From the NCBI GenBank assembly GCA_020137815.1, contig CM035357.1, positions 5,146,001 through 5,210,000 of the forward strand: a DNA stretch of 64,000 nt, given 5' to 3'. This document shows positions 39,631-54,192 of the stretch, one piece after another; the stretch's first letter is position 1; each line of letters begins with the position of its first letter. The notes beneath the pieces are model-generated. The model made no database searches and was not told where the DNA came from. It saw nothing but the letters and a program-made list of their open reading frames with translations. Source of the stretch: Hormiphora californensis. Taxonomy: Eukaryota > Animalia > Ctenophora. The translations under genes and the position numbers were made by a program.

Positions 39631-42600
39631 CCGTGGTGGTTGCGAGGCATGGTGTTGGGGTAAACGAGCACAGCCACGAACACCTCAACTTGCCGCTCCA
39701 GGAGAGTTAACACTTTCGTTGCCTGGTGATAAGTTAGCTAGAATTCTTGTTAGGGACAGTTTCATTGCCTGTCTTGTCCTACAATCTACAGAATCGTGCA
39801 TTGTGTTTCTCCACGAAGGTCAGCATCAACTACAGTCGACTATCCAACTGAAGTTGGACCCTGATTCTTGAGGGAAAGGGGGTTCGCCCGGTAAATCGAG
39901 GTCCGACTGTACCTGCAGGTCCGTTGCCAGCTGAATGGGAAGGTGGGAAGAAAGGTAGATGGAACACGAGGGGATCAGGTTTAACTGCTCATTGTCTCCA
40001 GTATTACCTCCAGAGTTAGCCTCTTCAGCGCCGTTCTTCATTTTCCTGGATGAGGATGTGTAGGTGTTACAGGAGACATTGGTGATGACATCCCCTATTA
40101 TATTATTAACGCAGTCACCCTACAGCGGGTCTAGTGTAGGGTGGACTGCGTCACCAACACAGGAGGACAAAGTGTTACTTGTTTGTTCAATCTGTGAGAC
40201 AGGGTCGAGCAAGACAAGGTGTTACTTGTAGTTAGAGGAAGGGGCGGTAGGGTAGTGAGCTATCAACGGAGTTTACTCAGTTTGATAGTTTAAAAGTAAG
40301 TAGTCAGTTGATAGTACTCAGTTTGTGTTTAAAAGTAAGTTTCTCAGTTTGATAGTTTAAAAGTAAGTTATTTAGTGAGTTTGGCGGGTTTAGTTGTAAA
40401 GAGGGTTACGGACGTAAAACGAGGGTTAGAGAATCATTCTGAAGACTGTGTATCTGTACCAGCATGTAATACTGAACGAGAGAGTTAGCAGAGGTTCATA
40501 GTTATGTTCCTCCAGTACCGGATCACAACCCTGGGATTGTGAATGCGGAAGTAGAGAGTGGGTATTCCGTTAGAATCGTGTGGATCTCCTCTGTATCATC
40601 CCTACATATCCAACCTGATTAAGGGGGGCACATTAGTGGGGGGCCACATTGCTGTAGAGGCCGGGGGTGCAAATGCCATGGACTTCATGGCGTGAACTTC
40701 TGTAAACATATATTCGGGTGGCGGAGACTCATTTCAATTATGAGGAAGATGAAAGGTTTTATTATAAGACAGGGTAACAAGAGCTCTTAAGAGCTAGATG
40801 TGGTCCTCGTGACCTATAATTCCGGGGGAAAAACGGATCATGTTGAGATATTAAACGTTTTTATCTGTTAATACCTTCTGCTGCTCATCCTCAGTATGAG
40901 CGGTGAACAGTTGCAACAATTGTTCCAGTTCAAGCTATCCACCACTGTTACACTGCAGACTCCCCTCATTGTCAAGTGCTGCACTCAGCTCACCCCCCTC
41001 CCACTCCACTCTCCCATCTCTTCAGAGAGTTTTCCCAGCCAGATCGGGACTATCTCCTTACTGACCTATAGATAGGATTTAGACTTTGAGGATGGAAACA
41101 GAATACTATAAAGATCGGAGGAAAGAGGGTAAACAGACCGGACAGAACCCTTTCCCGAGGATCTCAATAAATCAAGAATACAAATTCCAATGTACCTGAT
41201 AACTAACGCCCCTTTCCTCACACACTCCACCAACCCACTGGCTATCGGACATCCGCCCGGTCCTCTGTTGTCTTGTACGTCGACCGGGAGGATTGTGGAG
41301 ATCGAGGGAGGTTAGGGGGTTCCTGGCGAGCGGTACCTGGAGAGAAGGAACAATTAGAAGGGGAAACAGTTTGGAACAGAGCATCATACAAATGGAACGT
41401 TAGGAATAATATGTTCATTCCAAGGAACCAATGAAGATTGAAGGTCCTTGCAAGGAATTAATTGTGCTGAGAAGAATGCCAAGGGTGTGGACTACACTTC
41501 CGGGGGAGACTCATGCGATGACGTCATTACTTCGTGACGTCATCACCTGAAAAGTTTTAGGAAGTTTTCCCGTTAATTACCACCATTCTGGAAACTTACC
41601 ACCAGGAACCGACCGAATCAGGAAATACTGGTCACTGATTGGCTGATAACCAGTCACGTGACCCAAATAACGAGTTCTGATGGTTGTTACTTGTTTCGGT
41701 CGGCTTTCCTACCACCATGGGGTTGGCACTCTGAGTTCGGGCAAGTTTTGAAATGACAATGTCAGGGCTTTCACGGGGTGTGTGGACCATCAATCAGCTC
41801 CCTCATTTACACTTTGAGTAGTTTAGCTGGAACCTGGCCCCATTGGAGGAAAGATAAGGGGTATAGAGGGGTGGAGAGGGGGGAGGAACTGGAGGACCAG
41901 GGGGGACTCTTTGAGGGGGTAGAGGGAGTAAACTACTGGCGCTGTCACTTCTCACAGTCCACCATGGAGATCCATTTTAGTAGTAGCGTGACGGACCTGC
42001 CCCTCGGATACACGGAGTTAGTTGACCAGTTACCCGCCCTCAAAAATCCTGTCGTACCACCATCCGGGCACACTTTTCGATCTGAAAAAGGGGGGGGGGA
42101 TGGATGCAATTTCTAAATGGGGGGGGGGGGGTGGTTGGGTGCATGCAATTCCTCTTCTGAAGGGGGGGGGGGGGGGGGTGGTTGGGTGCAATTCTCTATC
42201 TGAATGGGGAGGGAACTTCTAGAATATAATCGGAGCGGGGAACTGGGGAGGGGATTAGGAACAATTCTAGAACTAGGGGAGCAGAGGGGGTGTGATTGAC
42301 ACACTTCTCTATCTGTGGATTGGGAAATTCGGGAATAGGGGAGGGGGAGGATTCGAGACAATCTATAGAATAGGGGCGGGGAGATTTGAGACATGTAGAA
42401 ACTGTGGGAATCGGGTAAGGGGGAACACTTTTTTAGGGTAATAATGAATGAAGTTAACCACCAACAGCCCCAAAATCACCATATTAACGTCACTTTGTGT
42501 CACCAACCTCCAATAAAACTTACAAACAACGGGTATGTATTGTTGGAGGGGGGGGGAAGTGTTACCTCGATTTTCTTGAGATATCCATTAGATGGTACAA

Positions 42601-44277
42601 AGCCAGCCTTCCCCTTGATCTTACCCCTTGGCCAACTGTTTATGGAGCTGGATTGGTGACCTGGGTATAGTAATGAATTGTAATGAACGATAGAGATTGT
42701 GGCAGATTTAAACTAAAACACAAAATGATCACGGAAGTTAGAGATTAAAGTGGTTCAGTAATTAGTACCTCTACGACTTGCCCTTTTTGAAGCTGAGAAA
42801 CGTGTTGTGAGAGAGTGAAGAAGTGTGGAGGGCAACGTACAGTCCCGCCATCCCATCAGCCTCTAAGGATGGAGTTATAGCAATAGGGAATTGGGTGTGT
42901 ATAGGCACTAGGCAGTTAATTAGGAATGGGGTTAGTATTGGCCATAATTATTAGGAAATATCGAATTTAGGAACAACAGTTTAGGTGATAATCTCAGAGA
43001 GAATTTGCCAATGGATTAGGGGAAGCCTGCGGTTTCTGTAAAATATATCTGTCAGTGGGAATAAAGTTCAAGCTTGCTGGATTGTTACAATACAGCAAGC
43101 TTGACTTTATTCCAATACTATTGTAGCTCAAAAAGCCTGGGCAACAAATCTACATGTTGTTAAAGAGAGAGTAAAAATAGCGGACCAATACTGATGGGTT
43201 GGTTGCACAACTGATGAGCACAAAACAGTTGTTGTTAGAATCAGGGGGGGAAAAACGGCAAACCGGAGAGGACAACAAGAACATTGGGACGCCGTGCCGG
43301 TCTGTGATGAAACAGCAATCCAGTGAACACGGGGAAGAGGTATAAGGATTTGAAATAATTCCAATTGTAGAGAATCATGCTATTAATCGAGGAGTGAACT
43401 TAATTTACTATGTTCAGACGAGCAAAAACTGCGGATAGAATGTAGACGAACAGTACTATGTCAAATTTAGCATGACCAGCCACTGAATTAGTAATTTTCA
43501 ATATGGGGTGTGTGTGTGTGGTGTGAAGTAGTACAAGAGGAAACATATCTAGAAAACTGGGGAATTGTGAAATGAAACAAAGAAACTAATTAATTATGTG
43601 GAAAAATTATAGTATCTAGAGCAGAGGAAAGGAAGAAAGCGACGTATAAAGAGAGAGAGATAGAGAAAATAAAAAAGAGAGTGAGGATAAAGATGGAGAG
43701 AAAGAGATGGAAAGGCACTGATCTACAACTTATGATGGCTTACACAATTACTAATCGTATCGTAAACTGTTAAGCTAATAAACAAAAACTCAGGCGGGTT
43801 ATGATGTGGAGTGATATGATATGTGTAACACTCATTACTGTAACAATAACATCATGTTACTAACATGTGTATGTAACAATAACATGTGTAACATGTACTT
43901 GGCCACGTACATGGACCACATGAGGTACATGAAAAAGTGCATGACTACAAAAAGCATCGTATATTGCAAGCTCCTACTTTTAGATATAGGAAGGAGAAAT
44001 AGGGGCCCGAGAAATAATATAGTATGCCAAGAACTGCAGTTTGCCGGTCTATTACTCCCAGGAAAGTGCTTCTAGAATTGATGATTTATACCTACCCCAG
44101 ACCCCTATAATTATAATAGTCACAGATGATTTTCAAGTGATTCAACTTACCATGATCACGTCCCCCTCCAGGGTGAAGAAGGCTCAGAGATGAAGGAGTT
44201 GTAATTGTGTTGGCCCTACCCCTACTGGGGACAGGTGGTGGATGGTTGGAAGCTGGGGAGGCTGGTTTTGTGGACAT
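39631..44277 (-). other. NCKIPSD: Second, 3'-truncated copy of the NCKIPSD-like gene with frameshifts (probably sequencing error)
   Basis: Same exons as 8001-15227; indels in exons and introns alike. Confidence 0.7.
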
Positions 44278-45637
44278 TCTCCTCACATTCCTCCCTTGTA
44301 TATTTCTATCTTCTAATCTTTCTATCGTTTTCTATCGTTTTTAATTAAAATCCCGCACAAAACAACATTTGCTAGCTAGAGAGAGAAGAGGGGGGTGTTA
44401 GTGTAATTGGGTAATGGTACAAGGGACCGGGGGTACTACTCAGTGCGACACGCAGTGTACACAAGCAACTGTGTAGAGAGAGGGAGATAGAGAGAGGGGG
44501 AGCCGGGAGAGACGGTTATGTAATAAAGTCGACCGTTAAAAAACACCACACTGGAAAGTGTGGGGAAATTAAACAAAAATTAATATATGGTAGGTTCAAC
44601 ACGTACAAAACAGGAAACATATCGTCCAACCCATACCCGAAAAAATACAAGCAAGAGTAGGGATCTGTGTTTGATTTCTGAAGCATAGATGGAGAGAATG
44701 AGAGAGAAAGAATGTGTGAGAGTCTAACCTAGTCTACTACCGGAGAGGACATATGATGGGGTACAAGAAGCAAATACAATGCTAGGAAACGCTTAGCACT
44801 TGCATTGTCTTGGTTTGCAGTACACAAAGTGTGTGTCTCTCTCACACTTTCTCTTTCACTTTCTCTTTCTCTCTCTCTCTCTCTCTTTCAGTCTCTTTCT
44901 CTTTTTCTCTCTCTCCCTTTCAAACTTCACAGCATTAGACGTTAGGTGGCAGCCCGCAGCTCACATAAATCTATCAATAGAGGTATAAACTACAATAGCA
45001 GTGGAGAGACAAGTAGAAAATGCAAATTAGTTGTCGATAAATCGGCAAATAATAGATCTAGTAGAAGAAAGCTGAGAAGGCCGAAGGGAGATGCCCGCTC
45101 TCACAGTAACAACCCATTTTTCTTCTTATTTTTCCCCAGTTCTTCTTCGGTGTCTGTGCAGCGAGCCCACGTGAAGTCAGCGGTGAGGGAGCTGTCGGAA
45201 CAGTGCTCTGAACCTATAAACAGTAGAGTATGTTATTGTCATGATATAATCGATATTTAAAATACAATGTTAACTCTAAAATAAAAAACTAGCAGTAGTA
45301 ATTTAACTATTTGGCGCCACCAGACCCATTTTTACAGTGCGCTCAGTTTTGAAAGTGCGCTCAGGTTTGAAAGTGTGCACAGAACGGGTCGGCGCCGCCA
45401 GACAGACATTTAGCAACCTAGAAGTTAAATAATCACGTACCAGTACCTAGAATTAGAAACCAAACACATTTTCGAAATCACATACCAGTTTCCTCGTTAT
45501 TCTGTAGATGGTGAAGGAGAAGAAGAGATCGAGCTGTAGCTCTCTGTTCATCTGTATGTTGGGGACAACGCAGTGACCTGCAAAGTGCAAGAAACAAACA
45601 GTGAATCCAAGCATTTGGTAGTTGTACATACATATTT

Positions 45638-48469
45638 TGGCACTCTGATCGTTTCTCGTTTCCTGTGCTTCTAGTTCAGTACAAACACCACATTTTGTCA
45701 CCGTTTCTTCCTTTAACATTCAAAAAATCACCCCACAGCCCTCCTCTACTCCCCAGTGGTCTCTACACAGCTTAGATAATGCCCAATGTGGTCCTGATAA
45801 GCTTAGAAATGGCTCATTTTCACTGAAAAAGATTCCCGAAAATTTCGAAACAAAGTCATTTTTGAAGTTTGCGATGCATTTATTTCCATTTTATTAAAAG
45901 TCCACTTTAAGTTGCTTGCGGAGGCCCGTACACATGGTTACCACTTCGTGACATACTTCCCGGAAGTCTCATTGCACTCTGATCGTTTCTCGTTTCATGT
46001 TGCTCTCGTTTCCTCAGTAACAAACACCACATTTTGTCACATGTTCTTCCTTTAACATTCAAAAATCACCCACAGCCCTCCTCCTACTCCCCAGTGGTCT
46101 CTACACAGCTTAGATAATGCCCAATGTGTCCCTGATAAGCTTAGAAATGGCTCATTTCACTGAAAAGAGTTCCCGAAAATTTCGAAAAAAAAAAAGCATT
46201 TTTTGAAGTTGCGATGCATTTTATTTCATTTTATTAAAAAGTCCACTTTTAAAGTTGCTTGCGGAGGCCCGTACACATGGTTACCACTTCGTGACATACT
46301 TCCCGGAAGTCTCATTGCACTCTGATCGTTTCTCGTTTCTGTTGCTCTCGTTTTCTCTCAGTACAAACACCACATTTTGTCACCTGTTTCTTCCTTTAAC
46401 ATTCAAAAATCACCCACAGCCCTCCTCTACTCCCAGTGGTCTCTACACAGCTTGATAATGCCCAATGTGTCCCTGATAAGCTTAGAAATGGCTCATTTTC
46501 ACTGAAAAAGATTCCCGAGAAATTTCGAAAAAAGTCATTTTTGAAGTTTGCGATGCTTTTATTCCATTTTTTTATTTAAAAGTCCATTTTAAAGTTGCTT
46601 GCGGAGGCCCGTACACATGGTTACCACTTCGTGACATACTTCCCGGAAGTCTCATTGCACTCTGATCGTTTTTCGTTTCCTGTTGCTCTCGTTTCTCTCA
46701 GTACAAACACCACATTTTGTCACCTGTTCTTCCTTTAACATTCAAAAATCACCACAGCCCTCCTTACTCCCAGTGGTCTCTACACAGTTAGATAATGCCC
46801 AATGTGTCCCTGATAAGCTTAGAAATGGTCATTTCACTGAAAAAGATTCCCGAAAATTTCGAAAAAAGTCATTTTTGAAGTTTGCGATGCATTTTTATTT
46901 CCATTTATTTAAAAGTCCACTTTAAAGTTGCTGCGGAGGCCCCCGTACACATGGTTACCACTTCGTGACATACTTCCCGGAAGGTTCTCATTGCACTCTG
47001 ATCGTTTCTCGTTTCCTGGTGCTCTCGTTCTCTCAGTACAAACACCACATTTTGTCACTGTTCTTCCTTTAACATTCAAAAACTCACCCACAGCCCTCCT
47101 CCTACTCCCCAGTGGTCTCTACACAGCTTAGATAATGCCCAATGTGCCCTGATAAGCTTAGAAATGGCTCATTTCACTGAAAAAGATTCCGAAAAATTTC
47201 GAAAAAGTCATTTTTTGAAGTTTGCGATGCATTTTATTTCCATTTTATTTAAAGTCCACTTTTAAAGTTGCTTGCGGAGGCCCGTACACATGGTTACCCT
47301 TCGTGACATACTTCCCGGAAGTCTCATTGCACTCTGATCGTTTCTCGTTTCCTGTTGCTCTCGTTCTCTCAGTACAAACACCACATTTTGTCACCTGTTT
47401 CTTCCTTTAACATTCAAAAATCACCCACAGCCCTCCTCCATCCCCAGTGGTCTCTACACAGCTTAGATAATGCCCAATGGTGTCCCTGATAAGCTTAGAA
47501 ATGGCCCATTTTCTACTGAAAAGGTAACCGAAAAATCCCACCCGCCCCCCCCCAGCCACCCCCTAAAATAGAGGCGTTTACTAAACAGCCCACTACAGCG
47601 ACAATCCTGTGTTTTGGTGCACTAAGGTCGCTTATCGCTGTAACAATTATCAATGATCCTATCTATGTTATCCGATTGTCTCTAGAACATATCACACTCT
47701 ACATTGTACTGTCCTATGCCTTATTTGTGTTTGATGTCTTTTAATCTTAATCTCTACTGAAAATGGACACACTTCACATCTCATCACCAATTACGTCACG
47801 GTACCCATCAATCCATCAAGGTCGTAAGTTTGTCAGTCCGTTGTTATGTACAGTTGTATCCAAATTATGATCGTAGCCATTGAGAGATTTCTATTCTTAT
47901 TCAGTTAGATCTTTAGCTAGCGCTGTTGACAGACCGTACTCACAATGGAAAACGTTACCTTGATCCAGACCAAGTCCAAGACTTGCTACCTTGTTCCAAA
48001 ATCATTCAAGACTACCACAAAGGCAAAACGTTACCTTGTTCCAGACAACAAAACTCAAGACACTCAAGGCAAATCGTTACCTCTGTTCCAGGACTAAACT
48101 AAACTCAAGACACTCTAAGGCAAAACGTTACCCGTGTCCAGACCTAAAACTAAAATCAAGACATCTCAAGGCAACAACAATGTACCAGCTCCAGCTAATA
48201 TAAACCTTAGGAATTTGATTTAGGCCAGGAGTAGTGTGATACCCCTGTCGACGTCGTGGCGGCTCACGCCGCTCGGGCGTCGACAGTGGTTGACCACGGT
48301 CTTCCTGGAGGTCTGAAGTAAACATGCTTCGCATAAAACTGATTGGTGGGTGGCCTTGCACGGCGGAGGGGTGGACGTGCTGGGGCGCCTAATAAGCGTG
48401 CTCGGTGCGGCCGCCGCTACTTTCGGGCAGGTCACTCGCCAGACGCAGCAAGTACAAACAAACAAACAA
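45638..48469 (+). mobile_element. Non-coding retro-insertion B: ~340-bp tandem array x5.6, conserved core, short repeats, GC-rich 3' region, (CAAA)n tail
   Basis: 12-bp TSD ACATACATATTT (45626-45637, 48470-48481); absent at ~16615; unit starts at 45640, 45974, 46317, 46657, 46993, 47329. Confidence 0.82.
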
Positions 48470-49476
48470 ACATACATATTTGTCGCAGGGTGCGCAAAAC
48501 ACAGTCTAGCTAGGCAACATATTTGACTCGTGATGCTTCTGGTCCCAAAATCTCCTTTGGGACCTGAATTCGATCCAGATTTTTACCGCTGTATTGATTT
48601 ACCTTGTGCAGAGTTTTTTAGTGTACCCTGAAACCACTCCACACATGTTGGTTAGGAATCGTTCCTTGCTGCTCCGACCTCAGTGTTCAAAACTTCCCGA
48701 TCACTTCCATCAGTCCCGTCCGGCGGGGAGCAGTCCAACTTGCTGGTACCCGTTTTGAATAACCTTTCGTACTGTTGTTGGGAGACCTGCATACGGGGGG
48801 GGAAAGGAGTCTTATTCAGGAAAATTGAGAAAACAAAGTTAATTCCGTTCAAAATTGACTGAAAAATGATCTATCACTGTTCCGAAGTGATCTCAAATAG
48901 AAAAAACGCTAGAGCTGCTAGAAAAATGTGTTGATTTCCACGCTATGTAACATCTATTTGTGGGGCAAAGAGGAAATGTGCGATTTCGACGATGAAATTA
49001 ACTTTATGTCTTGCCGTTCATATATCTGATTCAATCAATTGCTCCTTATCATCTCTCCAGCTGTTAATGTCCGAAACGGGTGGGGGACGCGCGCTAGAGC
49101 TCACAGGAAAATGTCAAGGTTTTAGTTGATCACCATTTTTCTCGTGTGAGATAAAAGATGAGTGTAACACACAGGCTCGTTCCCAACTTTAATGTACAGT
49201 CACGGAGAATTATTCACGTTCCCTCACGTTTATAATGTTTTTGTTGTTCCAAACCATTATGTGCAACACAAACTGACAGGAATCTAAGTTAGCACTTTGC
49301 CATGTTACGCCAGTTTGTCGTTCGCTGATAGCTTCACACATCGGGCGGAAGAGTCCGACACATGGGAATCATTGTCAATTGCACTATTGCTTTTAAAGAT
49401 CTAATTTCACTACATCCTCTATGTTTCTTATCTACTACTTAATAACAGCCACACAAGAGGGACCCATATTTCAACA

Positions 49477-50634
49477 TTGATTTTTGTTGTTTTATTCTCT
49501 GTCTCTCACAGCACAAACAGCCGCAGGGATCACTCGCATACGGGATGCCCTCAGCAGTCCCCCAAAAGCTCTTCGTCCCTTTACCGGAGTATTCATAAAG
49601 TACCATGCGACAACACCTACCCCAGAAAGTCTGATCTTCCGGGAAAAACCTGAAGGAAGATAGTGGGAGGGAAAACAAAGTGTAATACGTGGACCACTCG
49701 GATGCGTGAACATATTTGGACATGGACAGGGAGAGGCGCACAAAGTATCTTGGATCTTCAACATGACCACGGCGAGGATCTCACAGTGGTGCAGGAACAA
49801 GTGAGGAGCCTGTCAGCTTGGTGGGCGTTTCCTAGCGGGAAGAAGATGGGGAAGGAAGGCAAGTGGAACTGGAGTTAAATGATTCAGGACGCTTGTGAAT
49901 CCTGTTATACTTCCGGAGCCGTCGGAGGTCACTGGAGATTAAAGATGCCATCAGGGACTGGAAAAAGGAAGGACGTTTGCGGAGAAGAGATTGGATGTGT
50001 CTACAGAGGGATGGTTTGTGGAGGGTTGGTCTGAGCATGTGGACTACATCCGCAAAGAGAGGGTCGACTAGCGCCGAGAGGGACCAGAAAGTACAGGCCC
50101 ATTCGTTGGGCAGTGCGGAAGCAAGTACACGAGAATGCACCAATGGCCTATTGCATCCAAAATCAACTGGTATACCGGATATACGGGCTCAGAGCGAAAG
50201 GAAGGGCGATTTAACGCCCTATCCCAAGGCTCTGTGGTTGTTGCGTTTTCATGGTGACGTGACTGACTACTTGCGCTTCTACCAAAGGGGAGATAGCTGA
50301 CAAAACATTAACACATGGGGGACAGCACTGCCAAACCCGCGTACACGCTGTGTCGGCTATCACCCGGACCCCATGATAATCAAAAACAGCTGGGGATCCG
50401 ACATGGGGTATGTCTGGGATACTTTGAAAACGCGAGAGGAACGGATGGACTCGTGTGAGTATTTCAGGTGGGGGTCATGGCTAACTGGAAGAGCATACGG
50501 GGTTGTGAATAGGACCACTGATTACCCAAACCTACTGATGGATGGATTGGGTGTGGGATGAACACGATGGATGTCCCTGTGGCCACTGTGAGGGTGGCGT
50601 GGAAACTGCAGGCGATGTCCCACATGTGCCGTAA
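49477..50634 (+). other. Second copy of the nested C1A protease, heavily frameshifted (probably raw-read error)
   Basis: Colinear with 17549-18685; fragment [10 protein letters not shown]. Confidence 0.75.
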
Positions 50635-52933
50635 AATCCCGCCGCAAATATAGGAGTCTGACAAGGTTTGTCTGTGCTTGGAGGATGCTTGCCTGTGCTG
50701 ACTGAGGCGGAACAAACGTAAGGATGACCAGTTACCACAGGAAACTGGACCAACCAAGACCCACACGCAGAGCTAGCCTGGCCACAGTGGGGTCCGTACC
50801 AAGGGCAGACCGACCAACGAAGAGCAAAAGAAGAAAATGAAGCAACCTCCCACACATACCACCTCAATACCACTCACACAACTTCATACTTACCCCCACC
50901 CCCCCCCCACCCATCGCCCACCATACCAACGCCTTCCACACCCCCACCACACCCACTTGTCCCCCACACCTCACTAGTTCTTCTATCTCCTAATAATACT
51001 AGCTCCCCAACTTTTATCACCTTCTATCACCCAACCAATACCCCAACGCTGCCCCCACCCTCCCCCCTACCCTAACCCCTCCCCCCCCCCTCCCCAACCC
51101 TTCTCCCCCCATCCCCTATCACCTCACCACACCCCCACCCCCCACCGTCCACTCTCTCCCCCCCACCCCCTCCCATCCCCCCAACTCCCTCCCACACACC
51201 CCTCTCCCACTAAACCATACACCCCTCTCCCCCCCCTCGCTCCATACCCCCATACCAACAATTAACCCTCCCCATAACCCCACACTCACCCCACTAATTG
51301 ATATGGGCATAACACATTAAAATGCGATATGTGGGTGTTAGACAAGTCTGTATAAAATATCAGAATTACCATTCGTCGGATGCGGGCCCAGTTTTGATTT
51401 TCAGTCTCCCGTCATCCTCAAAGGGGGTCTCCTCAGCCAGGAGGCGTGATTAACATTAGCTATCCTCCGTCTAGCTACCCTGCTACGGTTCTCACCCACT
51501 TCCTAACATTGGGATCAGGGAGGTAGTGGAGGGGGGTTTGCTAGGTGACTTTTATTCAGCATTTTCACCATTGATGACCCCCCCCCCCTAGGATAACGAT
51601 TATGATATGTGATGTGACTGGTTGTAAAAAAATTGGGAAACTAAATATATTGGGAATTTGTTGGGATGTATATTAAACACCTTGACCCATGCATTTTCAA
51701 GATGAGGAGCAAATCTGTCGATGCTACAGAAATCTCGACCACATCGGACATCAAGTCTCATGACTTGACCTGAAAATCAAGAAGGTTTTAGTTCTAACAA
51801 ACTGCAACACCACAGTTCCCTTGCAGGGGAGGGGCGTATATAAATCTCTTACAGGAGATTGATTGAATAGGTTTTGACTGCTATAGGTAAAATATTGCTA
51901 CCTCTTTGGCTGGCCAAAGATTGTCCATTCCCTGCTAGTTTCACTAGCGGACTCTCATCTCTCCGGTCTTCCAACTCATTGGAAATACCCCAACACTTGC
52001 CCTGCAGATAAACAGAGAGTTAGCTGGCTCTAGGTTGGTCCAATTATAATAACCCTACTTAAAAAAAACAAAGGCTGATCAAAAGAAAAGAAAAAAAGAA
52101 GGCTGACTGGCTAGCTACAAATGTGGAGTGTCTGGTTGCCAGTGACCCATATTGTGTGTTGAAAACACACAGTGGTCGTTAAACTGCGTAGAAGACCGGT
52201 CGTCAGCTCATCAATCAAAACTATCGTAGTTTTAGAAGTATTATATCACTTATCCATGCAGAAGAGGAAGGATTTTGATTGACTGTAGATCTTAATATAA
52301 TTGGGGAAATGGTCAAAGCTTAAGCATAAAATCAATATCAACGATGGAGATAAAATTTCAATCACTGCAAAGTCGAGAGAGTAGCCACAAAAGAATAGGT
52401 ATCGGAGCTGCTCACAAACATTTTCGCAGCTACCAAAATTCATTTACGAGTGACCCAAACAAGTGAGGCGGGCAATAATGTGAGTGACCCCAGAGAATGC
52501 CAACACCAAACATTAGTCAATCGAGAACGTATTATTCAACATTGTATACTTAATATGTTTTAAAAAGCATAATTTGAATATACGGACACACTCATCATGC
52601 TAATGATTTGAGTAGTTAACTATTAATTAATGCATGGTAGGATTGACGGTAATACAATGTTATCAACTGTCAAACCAATACATGCCACAATCATTCCTTC
52701 AAAGCTATTCTCTAACTCAAAAGTCTAACAACTCGTCTCTTCTCACCACTTATACATGTCTTCAAGGAGTAGAACACGTTTGACATTTATCGCTTTATCT
52801 ATCGCTTCCAGTTCTAAACCTATCATCTAATATCTTATATATCTACCCCTTTCTCTCCCTTTCTTTCTCTCTCTCCAATATCTCAAATAGCACGGACGGT
52901 ATAATGGCTAAAGATAGAGTACCCGTGCAAGCA

Positions 52934-52973
<40 letters not shown>

Positions 52974-54099
52974 GGAGAGCAGTGGTAATGGCAATGTATG
53001 CAGCAGCAAGCAGAAACAGTATCTCAGACAGCCAGAAGCCCCAAAATTCCCTGACCCGCGCGCAGAGGATTGAGAGTGAGTATTCGCGCGTTCCGTACAT
53101 CACTTCATGATGTCAGATTTCCGATCAGTTTCTGTTTATTACTGGTTCGTATTCAAACTTCAAAGTTTATACTCTGATTTTAAATAACTGTCGTTTTTTA
53201 GAGTTTTCAAATTTCTTTAAATGACCATAAGTCCGGTTCCTGATGAGATAGAGACTTGAAATTTGGAGGTTACGAAGATCTTGCTAAGTTCTTCCGAACC
53301 TCCAAATTTCAAGTCGCTATCTTATCAGGAACCGGAGATATGACAAATTTTGTTATTTCAGGGGGGTGACAGTTTCAAAAAATCCGACTTTAGTTGGGAC
53401 TAAGATAACAGGTTTCTTTAATCAAATAATATATGAGTAACTACAAATATTCTACCCAGATATTTGAAGAGCGTGCAACAAGAAAAAAACTGTATCAGTA
53501 TGAACAGTAAAAACTGCGACGAACTCTGTCAAGAACCGCAAAATTGGTTTGGCGCCACCGTATGACGTCAGATAAATTAAAAGGGAGGGCCAACATGCGG
53601 AACAAAGTGTAAAAACATAGCTTGCACTAAAATTATTAAAACGGGCGGGGCAAGACTACCCGCACATTAATTAGGGAGAGGGGTGTCATCAGTGAAAATA
53701 GTAGCTGACACGAAGTTTTCAGCTCGCTGATGCAGAGTTCAACCCTATCTCTGGCCTACACTAATTAATAAGATACAATGAGCTTGGGAGCAGGTAAGAC
53801 ATGATAAATCTTTAGAGCAGGATATACAAGACAAAAGTGAAATACTTTTGCCTTGCTGGACCCACCGCCTCAACAAGGCAGCATGTATGAATTACAGTCG
53901 GACCCCCATTTACCGGGATGCTCGGGGGAAAGGGTTTTACCGGGAAAACAGGATTCCCGGTATATCGGGGCCGGTAAATCGGGGTCCGATGTAGTAGTAC
54001 AAGTATAACAGTAGTACATATGTACTTCGTAGCAAAGAAGGTTCAATAAAAAGGGCGAAAAAGTTAATTACTGGAGGCTAATTTCTTGGAAACCTGAAA

Positions 54100-54192
<93 letters not shown>

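Larger units (their letters stand above)
45101..52257 (-). other. ATXN7L3: Second copy of ATXN7L3, error-rich
   Basis: Same exons; the clean exon near 45490-45578 differs at synonymous sites. Confidence 0.72.

Noticed and set aside
47949-48175. CRISPR-like periodic repeat (AAGGCAAAACGTTACCTTGTTCCAGAC)
   Set aside because: Degenerate ~45-50 bp tandem units with similar spacers, no cas genes, eukaryotic context; part of element B.
49477-50634. Protease pseudogene
   Set aside because: Indels are equally dense in flanking introns and ATXN7L3 exons, which fits uncorrected long-read error better than decay.
50640-51295. C-rich low-complexity insertion
   Set aside because: Aperiodic, no boundaries or TSD, inside the noisiest segment; likely a low-quality read stretch.
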